Shown: positions 33,993 to 43,217, counted from the stretch's first letter. The stretch: DNA of 64,000 bases from an uncultured Dehalococcoidia bacterium (GCA_958296225.1 OY282456.1:3750523-3814522), one strand, 5' to 3'. Notes: a model not told the origin generated them from the sequence alone. Numbers and translations are program-made.

Positions 33993-35453
33993 TTAGTCCT
34001 CCATTACCCAGAAATCTTTGCCGCCCCCGCCCTGGCTGGAATTGACCACCAGGCTGCCCCGGCGCAGCGCCACACGGCAAAATGCGCCGGGAACGATGCG
34101 GGTTTCGCGGCCGTGCAGGATGAACGGGCGCAGGTCAACGTGCCGGGGTTGAAACTGTCCATCAACCAGGCAGGGCGAGCGGGAAAGGGCCAGCACCGGC
34201 TGCGCGATGTAGCCGGCAGGGTTGGCGCGCAGTTCTGTGGCGTATTCATCCCGCTCTTCGGGAGTGGCGTGAGGGCCAATCAACATTCCATAACCGCCGG
34301 AGCCGCCCACCTGCTTGACCACCAGGCTCGCCAGGTTGTCGAGGGTGTATTCCAGGTCCCGGGGATAGCGGCACAGATAGGTTGGGACATTGGCCAGCAG
34401 CGGTTCTTCGTTCAGGTAGTAGCGAATCATGTCCGGGACACAGGCGTAAACGCTCTTGTCGTCGGCGACCCCGGTTCCGGGCGCGTTGACCAGGGTTACG
34501 TTGCCCCGCCGGTAAGCGTCCATCAGGCCGGGCACGCCCAGCAACGAGTCCGCGCGGAACACGGTCGGGTCGATGAAATCGTCATCCACCCGGCGGTAAA
34601 TTACATCGACGCGGCGCAGCCCCGCAGTGGTGCGCATATACACGAAGCCGTTGCTGACCAGCAGGTCGCGTCCTTCGACCAGTTCGCCGCCGATTTCGTG
34701 GGCCAGGAACATATGCTCGTAGAAGGCCGAGTTGTACATTCCCGGCGTCAGCAGCGCGATAGCAGGGTCGCCGCGCTCCCCGGGGGCCAGTTCGCTCAGG
34801 GTTTCCCGGAGGGCCGCCCCGTAATGTTCTACTTCCATCACGCGGGACTGGCGATAGATGCGGCGCAGGCGGGCCTTGCTGGCCTTGCGATTGGCGAGCA
34901 TATAGGATACGCCGGAAGGAACGCGCAGGTTGTCTTCCAGGATGTGGAATCCGTCGTTGGTGCGCACCAGGTCGGTGCCGCAGACGGCGACCCAGGTTCC
35001 GTAGGGCGCGGAGAAACCGCTCAGTTCTTTCCGATATTGGGGGCAGTCGTACACCAGGTCGGCGGAGATGACGCCGTCGTGGATGATTTGCGGTTCGCCA
35101 TAGCGTTCTTTCGCGGGTGTCTGCCCATAGACATCTTCCAGGAACAGGTTCAGGGCCTTGATGCGCTGGGCCAGCCCCTGCTCGATTTGTCGCCAGTCGG
35201 CAGCCGACATCACCCGGGGCAGACAGTCAATTGGAATAATCCGCTCGTCGGCTTCTGCATCGCCGTACACCGTGAAGGTGATGCCCTCGTTGGAAAAAGA
35301 ACGGGTGACGCGCTCCTGAATGCCGGCAAGTTCCGCAGCCGAGAATCGGAGCAGAGCATTGTAGAGTTGCCGGCAATGCTCCCGGGGGGCACCGTCCGGC
35401 AGCAACATCTCATCATAGATGGCCGGGTCAAGGTCGTAGCTATTGAATTCCAT
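33993..35453 (-). CDS. Circularly permuted type-2 ATP-grasp protein
   Basis: The 486-aa product has GITFTVYGD...ERIIPIDCLPRV and LEDNLRVPSGVSYMLANR. The family is typically paired with alpha-E. Confidence 0.88.
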   Translation of the reverse strand: MEFNSYDLDPAIYDEMLLPDGAPREHCRQLYNALLRFSAAELAGIQERVTRSFSNEGITFTVYGDAEADERIIPIDCLPRVMSAADWRQIEQGLAQRIKALNLFLEDVYGQTPAKERYGEPQIIHDGVISADLVYDCPQYRKELSGFSAPYGTWVAVCGTDLVRTNDGFHILEDNLRVPSGVSYMLANRKASKARLRRIYRQSRVMEVEHYGAALRETLSELAPGERGDPAIALLTPGMYNSAFYEHMFLAHEIGGELVEGRDLLVSNGFVYMRTTAGLRRVDVIYRRVDDDFIDPTVFRADSLLGVPGLMDAYRRGNVTLVNAPGTGVADDKSVYACVPDMIRYYLNEEPLLANVPTYLCRYPRDLEYTLDNLASLVVKQVGGSGGYGMLIGPHATPEERDEYATELRANPAGYIAQPVLALSRSPCLVDGQFQPRHVDLRPFILHGRETRIVPGAFCRVALRRGSLVVNSSQGGGGKDFWVMED

Positions 35454-36020
35454 CGTTGGCTTCCACGCGGCTAACCGGGGCAGCCACGCAAACCTTCATG
35501 GCTGCCATTGTCCGCTATTGTACCGCAAAACCGTTGATGCGTGCGTACCCGCCTGGTCATAATGACGGGGGCAACCGTGTAAGTCCTCTGGCAATGGCGG
35601 TTCCTCCTGGGGATTGGGGATTGGGGTTTTGAGGGTGTCAGGCGATTTACGGTTTCGGGCGGCGTCGGGGCACGGCCAACACCATTTTTATGCAGAGCAT
35701 TTTGTACACCATTTTTCCGTGTCCCAGGCTGGCCGGCTAATGAGACCGGCCGGGCCCGGCACGGGGCGCTGGCACTAACGCTGGCCCCGGACGGCCCGCC
35801 CCGTTGAAGCAATAAGCGGGTCATGCCGTCGCCAAAGGCGTTCTGCGAGATAACCGACAGGCCGTTACCGGCCCGAAACCGTATTCGCCATATTCGGATT
35901 TTGATTTGGCGATGCCGCTGCGCGGGCGGCGGGTCCGGCGGGGTTCGCGGGGCCGCGCCGGGCTGCCTGACACGGTTATGATAGAACAATAGTACGCTGG
36001 GCGCAAGGGTTTGGCGTCAT

Positions 36021-36885
36021 CTAGGGCGTGTGGTCAAATTATTTTGGCCCACAGCGCCAGGGCCCGTATCTGGCAGATTGCCAGGTATGACGCCGCGTTT
36101 TTGGCATACCGCGTCGCCACACCCCGCCATTCCTTGAACTTGCAAAACCCGTTCTCCACCAAATGACGCGCCTGGTACAAATCCGCGTCATACTCCTGAG
36201 GCTCCCGCCGATTCCGCTTTGGCGGTATCACTGGCGTCATCCCCGCCCCACGGGCCGCCGCCAGCACCTTATTTGTGTCATACCCTTTATCCGCCAGCAA
36301 ATGCTCCGCCGCAAGGCCCGCAATCAGCGCCCCCGCCTGGGTACAGTCCGCCGTGGTTCCCGACGTTACCACCATCCGCACCGGCATCCCGTGGGCGTCC
36401 ACCGCCAGATGCAGTTTCGTGTTCAGCCCCCTTTGGTGCGACCGACCGCCTGATTGCCGCCCCGGGCGCCCGTGCCATGCTGGTGCACTTTGATGTAGCT
36501 GGCGTCAATCATCAGCCATTCAAAATCGGGGTCGTCAACCAGGGCTTCCTGCAATTCAGCCCAGACATTTTTATTGCGCCAGCGAATAAAGCGGCGGTGG
36601 GTGTTGCCCCAGTCGCCGTAGTCCGGGGGCAAGTCGCGCCAGGGGGCGCCGGTGCGCAGTACCCAGAACACGGCGTTGATGAAACGGCGGTTGTTCTGTG
36701 CCGGGCGTCCCACTTTGCCGGGGCCGCCGGGGAGGCGGGGTTCCAGGATTTGCCAGGCGCGGTCGGAGATGTCGTGGCGGTGATAAGCAGCAGCGGCGGT
36801 GGACACGGAATCGCCCTCCTGGTGGCAGATTGCGGCTAACAGCGCCAGTTTACCACCATATCCCCAATTTGACCACACGCCCTAG
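36021..36885 (-). mobile_element. Intact IS5-family insertion sequence (IS427/IS1031-like group), 865 bp including flanking CTAG
   Basis: Perfect 20-nt terminal inverted repeats CTAGGGCGTGTGGTCAAATT lie at 36021-36040 and 36866-36885 (reverse complement). The element is flanked by CTAG on both sides and contains a two-frame transposase. Confidence 0.9.
36034..36806 (-). CDS. IS5-family DDE transposase OrfAB, needing a -1 frameshift near 36427-36435
   Basis: OrfA starts at GTG 36806 after GGAGGG: ...YHRHDISDRAWQILEPRLPG...NNRRFINAVFWVLRTGAPWRDLPPDYG...FEWLMIDASYIKVH..GRTKGG*. OrfB in the -1 frame reads LNTKLHLAVDAHGMPVRMVVTSGTTADC...LLADKGYD...HLVENGFCKFKEWRGVATRYAK. The candidate slippery run is A AAG GGG G. 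Confidence 0.85.
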
Positions 36886-37041
36886 CGGCGTTTCGTTTTC
36901 AGTGGTCTAATCATCGGGCAAAACTTGCATACGGATTGGGATTAGCTCGGGGACGTGCAAGGAATGCCGGCGGCGGCGAATTGCCGGCGCGCGCCGCGCC
37001 GCCCGGCGTGGTAAGATTAGCCCCAGCGACAGGAGAAAACT

Positions 37042-38145
37042 ATGAGAGCATCCTATCTGGGCGCCATGGGCTACGCATCGCGGCGCGACTTTCCTCCCAC
37101 CTGGCCGACGCCGCCGGCCTACAACGACCCTGAGCTTTCGGTGCAGAGCTATCAGGATGGCATTGAGGAGTGCGAGTTCGCCGAGGAGATGGGGTTCGAG
37201 TGGGTGAGCTTTTCCGAGCATCATTATTCGGGGCGCATCGCCACGGGAACGCCGGCGGTGGTGGCCGCCGCCGTGGCGGAACGGTGCCAATCCGTGAAAA
37301 TCGCCATGCTGGGCCACCTGATGCCTTTGAACAATCCGGTGCGCGTGGCCGAAGAGCTGACGCTGCTCGATAACCTCACCAACGGCCGCCTGGTGATGGG
37401 GTTTCTGCGGGGCACCCCCAACGAGGACCAGGTGTACGGCGTCAATCCGGCGGAAGGGCGCGGCCGGATGCTGGAAAGCATGGACTTAATCTTGAAGGCC
37501 ATGACCGAACCCCAGCCCTTTTCCTGGGAGGGCCGCTACTACCAGTTCCGCACCGTGTCCGTCTGGCCCCGCCCGGTGCAGCAGCCATTCCCGGCGGCCA
37601 TCGTGGCTACCCGCAGCGACGACGCCGTGCAGTACGCCGCCGCGCACCGCCTGGGCCTGGGCGTATCGTTTCTGCCGGTGGAGCAGGCGGCTGCAATCAC
37701 CAACAAATACTTTGACTGGTGCGCCGGCGCCGGCTGGACGCCGCCGCCCGACCAACTGGTTTTTCGAGGCAGCATCTACCTGGCCGAAACCGACCGGCAG
37801 GCCCAGGACTGGTTCGACCGGCAAACCGACGAGGCCCGCGCCCCCGGCATGGCTCTGCGCGCGTCGGTGTCCCAGGTGATACAGGCGTCGCGCGCCGGCC
37901 AAGCCATTGACTACCGCAACGTTTTCGCCGGCAGCGCCAGCGGCGACATCGTGGGCGGCGCGCCCGGCCTCACCTTTGTCGGCGGCCCGGACACGGTGTT
38001 CGAGCAAATCAAAGCCTACCACGACCAATGCGGCACGGGCGTCATCGACCTGTTCTTCCAGCAGCCCAGCCTGACCCACCGGGACATCATGGCGGAAATT
38101 GACCTGTTCGGGCGGGAAGTCCTGCCCCGCCTGAAGGAGCTTTAG
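37042..38145 (+). CDS. LLM-class flavin-dependent oxidoreductase (paralogue of 27115..28221)
   Basis: The 367-aa product has GFEWVSFSEHHYSG and AEELTLLDNLTNGRLVMGFLRG, and ends ...FGREVLPRLKEL. Confidence 0.92.
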   Translation: MRASYLGAMGYASRRDFPPTWPTPPAYNDPELSVQSYQDGIEECEFAEEMGFEWVSFSEHHYSGRIATGTPAVVAAAVAERCQSVKIAMLGHLMPLNNPVRVAEELTLLDNLTNGRLVMGFLRGTPNEDQVYGVNPAEGRGRMLESMDLILKAMTEPQPFSWEGRYYQFRTVSVWPRPVQQPFPAAIVATRSDDAVQYAAAHRLGLGVSFLPVEQAAAITNKYFDWCAGAGWTPPPDQLVFRGSIYLAETDRQAQDWFDRQTDEARAPGMALRASVSQVIQASRAGQAIDYRNVFAGSASGDIVGGAPGLTFVGGPDTVFEQIKAYHDQCGTGVIDLFFQQPSLTHRDIMAEIDLFGREVLPRLKEL

Positions 38146-38149
38146 CAAG

Positions 38150-38800
38150 ATGGCGTCGGCAGAGGCCCACGACCCGGTAGTCGTCAGCGACGGGCTGCCC
38201 TGGCGTTTTCCGGCGTTGCAGGAAGGATTGGCGCAACGCTACCGGGTGCTGGAACCGGAGGGCGACCTGGGCGCGGCTATCGCAGCCTGGGGGCTGGAAC
38301 GCTACGCGCTGGTGGGAGTTTCCTTGGGCGCGTCGGCTGCGGCATGGCACGCGGTGCAGTCGCCGGAGCGGGTGGCGGCGCTGGTCCTGGTTTCGCCGCT
38401 GGCTTTGCGGCCGGCGGCCGGCGCGGCGTCGGCGGCGCGCCTGTTCGCGCATCCGGAGGCCGTTGCGCTGCCAACCGCCGCGCTGCCGACCGCCGCGGTG
38501 GAGGAGGCTTGGTGGGAACGGCGGCGAGGCGCAACCCATGATGCCGAATTGGAGAGCCGGCTGGGTGAGATTCAATGTCCCACGCTGGCGGTGTTTGGCC
38601 AGGAAGACGCCCTGGTGTCCCCGCCGGCCGCCAGCATCTACCGGGAACGCATCGCCAATTGCAGCATCGCCTTCGTGTACGACGCCGGCCACGCCATTGC
38701 CGCCGAACGGCCCCAGGCATTGGTTAGCTTGGTGGCCGACTATCTGGAGCGGCGGGAGACGTTTATTGTGGAGAATCGCACGCGCATCATCAACCCCTGA
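38150..38800 (+). CDS. Short alpha/beta-hydrolase-fold protein (Ser nucleophile), lacking the usual N-terminal HG segment
   Basis: The 216-aa product has GVSLGAS (GxSxG), ...GQEDALV... and a C-terminal YDAGHAIAAERP. It starts 5 nt after the LLM stop. Confidence 0.7.
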   Translation: MASAEAHDPVVVSDGLPWRFPALQEGLAQRYRVLEPEGDLGAAIAAWGLERYALVGVSLGASAAAWHAVQSPERVAALVLVSPLALRPAAGAASAARLFAHPEAVALPTAALPTAAVEEAWWERRRGATHDAELESRLGEIQCPTLAVFGQEDALVSPPAASIYRERIANCSIAFVYDAGHAIAAERPQALVSLVADYLERRETFIVENRTRIINP

Positions 38801-38807
38801 CCGGGCG

Positions 38808-39338
38808 CTACCCGGCTAACCCGGAGGCTTGCTGCTGCGATTGCAGTTCGTCGATTTGCTCCCGCGTGCGGCCATAAATCTGCGGCACGTCCCAGCCCTG
38901 CAAGCCGGCGTAGGTGTCAATCTGGGAACGGTGGTGCACTTCGTGTTCCACCAGCATCATCAGGATGCGCCAGCCGCTGAGCATTCCATCCGTGTCAATC
39001 ATCTTGATGCGGCGCGTCAGCCACTCCGGCGGGGTGTCGTCCAGGCGGCGATGGAACTCGGCGGCGGCGGCTTCCAGCGCCGGTATCCAGTCCGTTTGCG
39101 ACTCGGTGCCGGGAACCGGCCAGTCATATACCCAACCCTCGTTGCGATAGGCGCGGGCGAAGTATATTCGGGACTCGGCGATGTGATGCACAATCTGGGC
39201 GATGCTCCAGGATTTTTCGCCCTCGCCCACCGGCGGCGCCCACGATTCGGCGGGAGCGGGCAGGGCCCGGATGTCGCGGAGGGTGCGGCGGTGGATGGAA
39301 TCGAAATAGCGCAGGTAGGCTTGGGTGTCGTTCAACAT
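38808..39338 (-). CDS. DinB-family protein
   Basis: I set the start at MLNDTQAYLRYFDSIHRRT (39338), preceded by AAGGAG. Supporting motifs are IAQIVHHIAESR and LVEHEVHHRSQI, the His-rich four-helix-bundle pattern. Confidence 0.8.
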   Translation of the reverse strand: MLNDTQAYLRYFDSIHRRTLRDIRALPAPAESWAPPVGEGEKSWSIAQIVHHIAESRIYFARAYRNEGWVYDWPVPGTESQTDWIPALEAAAAEFHRRLDDTPPEWLTRRIKMIDTDGMLSGWRILMMLVEHEVHHRSQIDTYAGLQGWDVPQIYGRTREQIDELQSQQQASGLAG

Positions 39339-39427
39339 AAGACTTAATCTCCTTGGCGCCGCGGACTGTCGCGCGGGCGGCGATAGTGTAGAATCAGCAA
39401 TCGCAAGCCGCAAGCAGGGGGGCAGCA

Positions 39428-40963
39428 ATGAAGTATGACGTAATCGTAGTTGGCGGCGGTTCCGCCGGGTCAGTGGTGGCCAGCCGCCTGTCCGAGAATC
39501 CCGACCGTTCGGTACTGCTGCTGGAAGCCGGCCAGGATTATCCCAATGCGGAGCACCTGCCTGAGGCCGTGCGTGACGGGTATTCCAACGCGGGAGAGCA
39601 GCCCGGTTCGCCGGTGTCGTGGTCGCTGCGCGGCATTATCAATGACCAGCAGGGCGAAATCAACATTGCCCAGGGCAAGGTCATCGGCGGCTCCGGTTCC
39701 ATCAACGGCCAGGTATATCTGCGGGGGCTGCCGGAGGATTTTGACCGCTGGGCCGCCTTTGGCAATGAAGAATGGACGTACCGGAAAGTCCTGCCCTTTT
39801 TCCGCAAAGCCGAAACCGACCTGGACATCCGGGATGACTTTCACGGTAGCGACGGCCCCATTCCCGTCGTGCGGCGGGAAAAAGAACCGTGGCCCGACGT
39901 GCAGCAGGCGTTTCACGCCGCGGCCGTGGCGCGGGGCTACGCGCGCAACCCCGACCTCAACGGCCCCGACTCCGCCGGCATCGGCGCCATACCGATGAAC
40001 AACCAGGCCGGCGTCCGCATGAGCACCGCCATCACGCACTTGAGCCCGGCGCGCCACCGCCTAAACCTGACGGTCAAGGGCAACGCTTTCGTCCGGCGCG
40101 TGCTCTTTAATGGTGGTGACGTTGCCGGAGTAGAGGCAGAAAGTGGCGGCGAGATTTTTAATGTTGCGGCGGACCAAGTTGTTTTGAGCGCCGGCGCGTT
40201 GAAGTCGCCTCATATCCTAATGCTGTCGGGCATTGGGCCGCGTGAGCAACTGGAGGAGTTTGGCATCCCCGTGGTTCAAGACTTGCCGGGCGTGGGTCAG
40301 AACCTGTTTAACCATCCCATGGGCAACGTTACCTTCCGGGTGAAAGACCACGTAGAGCTGCACGCCAACGCCGGCGCCCTTCGCTTCGGCCTGCGGGTAA
40401 CGTCGGAGCCGCCTTCGCACCCCCACGACGTGATGCTGCATACGCTGGGGGTGTTCAACGTGATGACGGGGGAGCAGCTGCCCGACCGGACGGCGCGTAT
40501 CGCCTGCGCCCTGGAACTGCCGGAAGGCGCCGGCTGGGTGCGGTTGGCCTCATCCGACCCGGCGGTGCAGCCCGCCGTCAACTACCGCTACCTGCACAAC
40601 GACAACGATATGCGACGGATGCGCGACGCGGTGCGGCTGGCGGCAAGCCTGTTGGAGTCTGAGGCGTATCGGGACGTGATGGACTACCGCACTGCGCCAA
40701 CGGACGCGACGCTTTCCAGCGATGATGCGCTGGACGCCTGGATTCGCCAAACGGTAGGCACCTCCCGCCACGTCTCCGGAACGTGCCGGATTGGGCCGGA
40801 CGGCGACTCCATGGCGGTTACGGACCAGCAGTGCCGGGTGCGGGGCGCGCCGGGCCTATGGGTAGCCGACTCGTCAATTATGCCGCAGGTTACGCGGGCG
40901 AACACCAACGCCACCGCCATTATGATTGGCGAACGGGTGGCCGACTGGATTGCGGGGGAGTGA
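39428..40963 (+). CDS. GMC-family FAD oxidoreductase (paralogue 3)
   Basis: The 511-aa product has MKYDVIVVGGGSAGS and HVSGTCRIGP...SIMPQVTRANTN. Confidence 0.93.
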   Translation: MKYDVIVVGGGSAGSVVASRLSENPDRSVLLLEAGQDYPNAEHLPEAVRDGYSNAGEQPGSPVSWSLRGIINDQQGEINIAQGKVIGGSGSINGQVYLRGLPEDFDRWAAFGNEEWTYRKVLPFFRKAETDLDIRDDFHGSDGPIPVVRREKEPWPDVQQAFHAAAVARGYARNPDLNGPDSAGIGAIPMNNQAGVRMSTAITHLSPARHRLNLTVKGNAFVRRVLFNGGDVAGVEAESGGEIFNVAADQVVLSAGALKSPHILMLSGIGPREQLEEFGIPVVQDLPGVGQNLFNHPMGNVTFRVKDHVELHANAGALRFGLRVTSEPPSHPHDVMLHTLGVFNVMTGEQLPDRTARIACALELPEGAGWVRLASSDPAVQPAVNYRYLHNDNDMRRMRDAVRLAASLLESEAYRDVMDYRTAPTDATLSSDDALDAWIRQTVGTSRHVSGTCRIGPDGDSMAVTDQQCRVRGAPGLWVADSSIMPQVTRANTNATAIMIGERVADWIAGE

Positions 40964-41044
40964 CCGCTCCCGCCCGCCAACGGCCATTAGAACCAGGTCC
41001 GTGGTAGGTAGTCGAGTTGTACCGCTCTCCGCGCGTTTTTCATC

Positions 41045-41075
41045 CCGGCGCCAGTGTATAATGCACTGGCGCCGG
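41045..41075 (+). promoter_or_regulatory. Perfect 12-bp inverted repeat with TATAAT in its 7-nt centre, 5 nt upstream of the pcm ATG
   Basis: ccggcgccagtg-TATAATg-cactggcgccgg, read directly from the sequence. Confidence 0.5.
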
Positions 41076-41080
41076 CTGCC

Positions 41081-41746
41081 ATGAACCACGAATTGGAAAT
41101 CGCACGCAGCCGCCTCTTCGCCGAGCTGGCGGAATCCCTGGGCGAAAGGGACGGGGCCACGTTGGACGCAATGCGGCGCGTACCCCGGGAACGGTTCGTA
41201 GCGCCTGAGTTTCGCACCCTCGCCTACTGCAATATCCCCCTTGCCATCGGACACGGGCAGACCATATCCCAGCCCTTTATGGTAGCCAAGGCCACGGCGG
41301 CCCTGGATTTGCAGGGCGATGAAGACGTGCTTGAAGTCGGCGCCGGCAGCGGGTATCAAGCCGCCGTCCTCGCCGAATTGCTGCCCTTTGGACGTGTGGT
41401 CGCCGTTGAGCGCATCCCCCAACTCGTGGCAATGGCCAGGCGCAACCTGAACAACTGCGGCATTGCCAACGCCGAAATACTGCAAAGCGCGGGTGAAACG
41501 CTGGGCGCTCCCGATGCCGGCCCATTTGACGCTATTCTGGTGTCGGCCGGCGCCCCCGGCGTCCCCCACGCGCTCATTGCGCAGCTCAAATCGGGCGGGC
41601 GGATGGCGCTGCCCGTAGGCGACCGGGAGCGTCAAATCCTCACCCGCGTTCGCCTGACACCCCGGGGCCTCATCACCGAGGACCTGGGCGCGTGCCGTTT
41701 CGTGCCTCTGCTCGGCGACGGCGCATGGCCCGACCGCCGGATGTAG
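41081..41746 (+). CDS. pcm: Protein-L-isoaspartate O-methyltransferase
   Basis: Supporting motifs are VPRERFVAPEF, GQTISQPFMVA, VLEVGAGSGYQAAVLAEL and GGRMALPVG. An alternative GTG start exists at 41054. Confidence 0.92.
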   Translation: MNHELEIARSRLFAELAESLGERDGATLDAMRRVPRERFVAPEFRTLAYCNIPLAIGHGQTISQPFMVAKATAALDLQGDEDVLEVGAGSGYQAAVLAELLPFGRVVAVERIPQLVAMARRNLNNCGIANAEILQSAGETLGAPDAGPFDAILVSAGAPGVPHALIAQLKSGGRMALPVGDRERQILTRVRLTPRGLITEDLGACRFVPLLGDGAWPDRRM

Positions 41747-41812
41747 CCACCCCTGCGGCGCCGCGCTGCCGGGTGTGGCATAATGTCCGCAGCATACCCA
41801 CGGAGGGACGAA

Positions 41813-42214
41813 ATGGCCGGCCAAATCCAAATCCGCCAGATTAACCACGTAACAACCATGGTGAAGGACACCGCCCGCGCGATGGAGTTCTACAACAATC
41901 TGCTCGGCATCAAGCAGATTCAGAGCCAGGTTGACAACCCCGCCATCACCTGGCTGCAACTGGAAAACGGCGTTATGGTTCACCTTATTGAGACCGACGA
42001 AGCCCCCGCCAAGCCCGGCAACATCCACCACGCCTTTCAGGTCGATGACCTGGAAGCCACCCGCGCCACGCTGGAAAGCAGCGGATTCGAGATTCTGCGC
42101 GGCGGCATCCGCTACGACGGCCAGGCTTACTTTTTCATCGCCGACCCCGACGGCAACAGCGTGGAGTTCTGCACGGCTTCCGGTTACGCGCCAGCCCCGC
42201 CGCGCCCGGCCTAA
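41813..42214 (+). CDS. VOC-family (glyoxalase-like) protein
   Basis: I set the start at MAGQIQIRQINHVTTMV, preceded by GGAGGGACGAA. Supporting motifs are HHAFQVDD and FIADPDGNSVEF. Confidence 0.85.
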   Translation: MAGQIQIRQINHVTTMVKDTARAMEFYNNLLGIKQIQSQVDNPAITWLQLENGVMVHLIETDEAPAKPGNIHHAFQVDDLEATRATLESSGFEILRGGIRYDGQAYFFIADPDGNSVEFCTASGYAPAPPRPA

Positions 42215-42226
42215 CCGGAGGGAACT

Positions 42227-42667
42227 ATGGAACTTGAGGAAAGCGTCCGCAAGTTGCTGGCTGCCAAAAGGGCCGCCGGGCTGAGCTTCGCCGATTTGGG
42301 CGAGGCTGTCGGCCGGGACGAGGTTTGGGTGGCGGCCCTGCTTTACCGCCAAGCCAGCGCGTCGCCGGACGAGGCGGCGATGCTGGCCGAGGCGCTGGGG
42401 CTTGGCCCCGACGTCGCAATGGAACTTACCGAACCGCCCGTGAAAGGTCTTGGCCCCGTCGTTCCCACCGACCCGCTCATTTACCGTTTTTACGAAATCG
42501 TGCAGGTCTATGGGATGCCGTTGAAGGAGATAATCCACGAAAAGTTCGGCGACGGCATTATGAGCGCCATCGACTTTACCCTGCACGTGGAGCGGGATGA
42601 GGCCGACGACGGCGACCGGGTAAGAGTCGTTATGTCCGGTAAATACCTGCCTTACAAACGATGGTAG
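42227..42667 (+). CDS. cynS: Cyanase (cyanate hydratase)
   Basis: The 146-aa product has an N-terminal HTH-like half ([31 protein letters not shown]) and the C-terminal cyanase signature [12 protein letters not shown]...[12 protein letters not shown]...GKYLPYKRW. Confidence 0.92.
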   Translation: MELEESVRKLLAAKRAAGLSFADLGEAVGRDEVWVAALLYRQASASPDEAAMLAEALGLGPDVAMELTEPPVKGLGPVVPTDPLIYRFYEIVQVYGMPLKEIIHEKFGDGIMSAIDFTLHVERDEADDGDRVRVVMSGKYLPYKRW

Positions 42668-42689
42668 CGACGGTTCCAGCGCGGCTGCA

Positions 42690-43217
42690 ATGACTGGCGA
42701 CAACATCATCCTGGTGGGTTTTATGGCCACGGGCAAGAGCCACGTGGGGCGCATCATCGCCCGCGCCACCGGCCGGCAAATGGCCGACCTGGACGAGGAA
42801 ATTGTGCGGCGGGCGGGCAAGCCGATTCACCGCATCTTTAGTGAAGACGGCGAGGCCGTTTTCCGGGCTATGGAACGCCACGCCGCTTTTACCCTGTGCG
42901 AAGGCGGCGGCAAGGTGATTGCTGCCGGCGGCGGCGCGTTCGCGCAAGAGCTGACGCGGCAGGTGCTGCTGGACAGCGGAACGGTGTTTTGCCTTACCGC
43001 CAGGCCGGAGACCATCCACTACCGCATCACCCGGGGCAGCCCCAGCGCCGCCGTGCGCCCCATGCTGGGCGACGGCGACCCGCTGGAACGCATCCGCCAA
43101 CTGCTGGACGACCGGGCCAGAGCCTACGCCCACGCCCAACACGCCGTCGCCACCGACGACCGCACGCCGGAGGAAGTGGCCGACGAAATCCTGCGCATCT
43201 TTGCAGGAGAAAACTAA
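42690..43217 (+). CDS. aroK: Shikimate kinase
   Basis: Supporting motifs are IILVGFMATGKSHVGR (P-loop), DLDEEI, FRAMERH and AAGGGA. Confidence 0.9.
   Translation: MTGDNIILVGFMATGKSHVGRIIARATGRQMADLDEEIVRRAGKPIHRIFSEDGEAVFRAMERHAAFTLCEGGGKVIAAGGGAFAQELTRQVLLDSGTVFCLTARPETIHYRITRGSPSAAVRPMLGDGDPLERIRQLLDDRARAYAHAQHAVATDDRTPEEVADEILRIFAGEN

Noticed and set aside
35471-35989. 172-aa minus-strand ORF in the gap between the ATP-grasp operon and the IS element
   Set aside because: It is Pro/Arg/Gly-rich, has no RBS and no family resemblance. I treat the region as non-coding.
40874-42820. 648-aa minus-strand ORF
   Set aside because: It runs antisense across pcm, the VOC gene, cynS and aroK, all of which are confidently identified on the plus strand.
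42896-43216. N-terminal 107-codon extension of the Fic ORF given in the ORF track
   Set aside because: It overlaps aroK in another frame and is Arg/Pro-rich. The ATG at 43217 overlaps the aroK stop and gives a sensible N-terminus.
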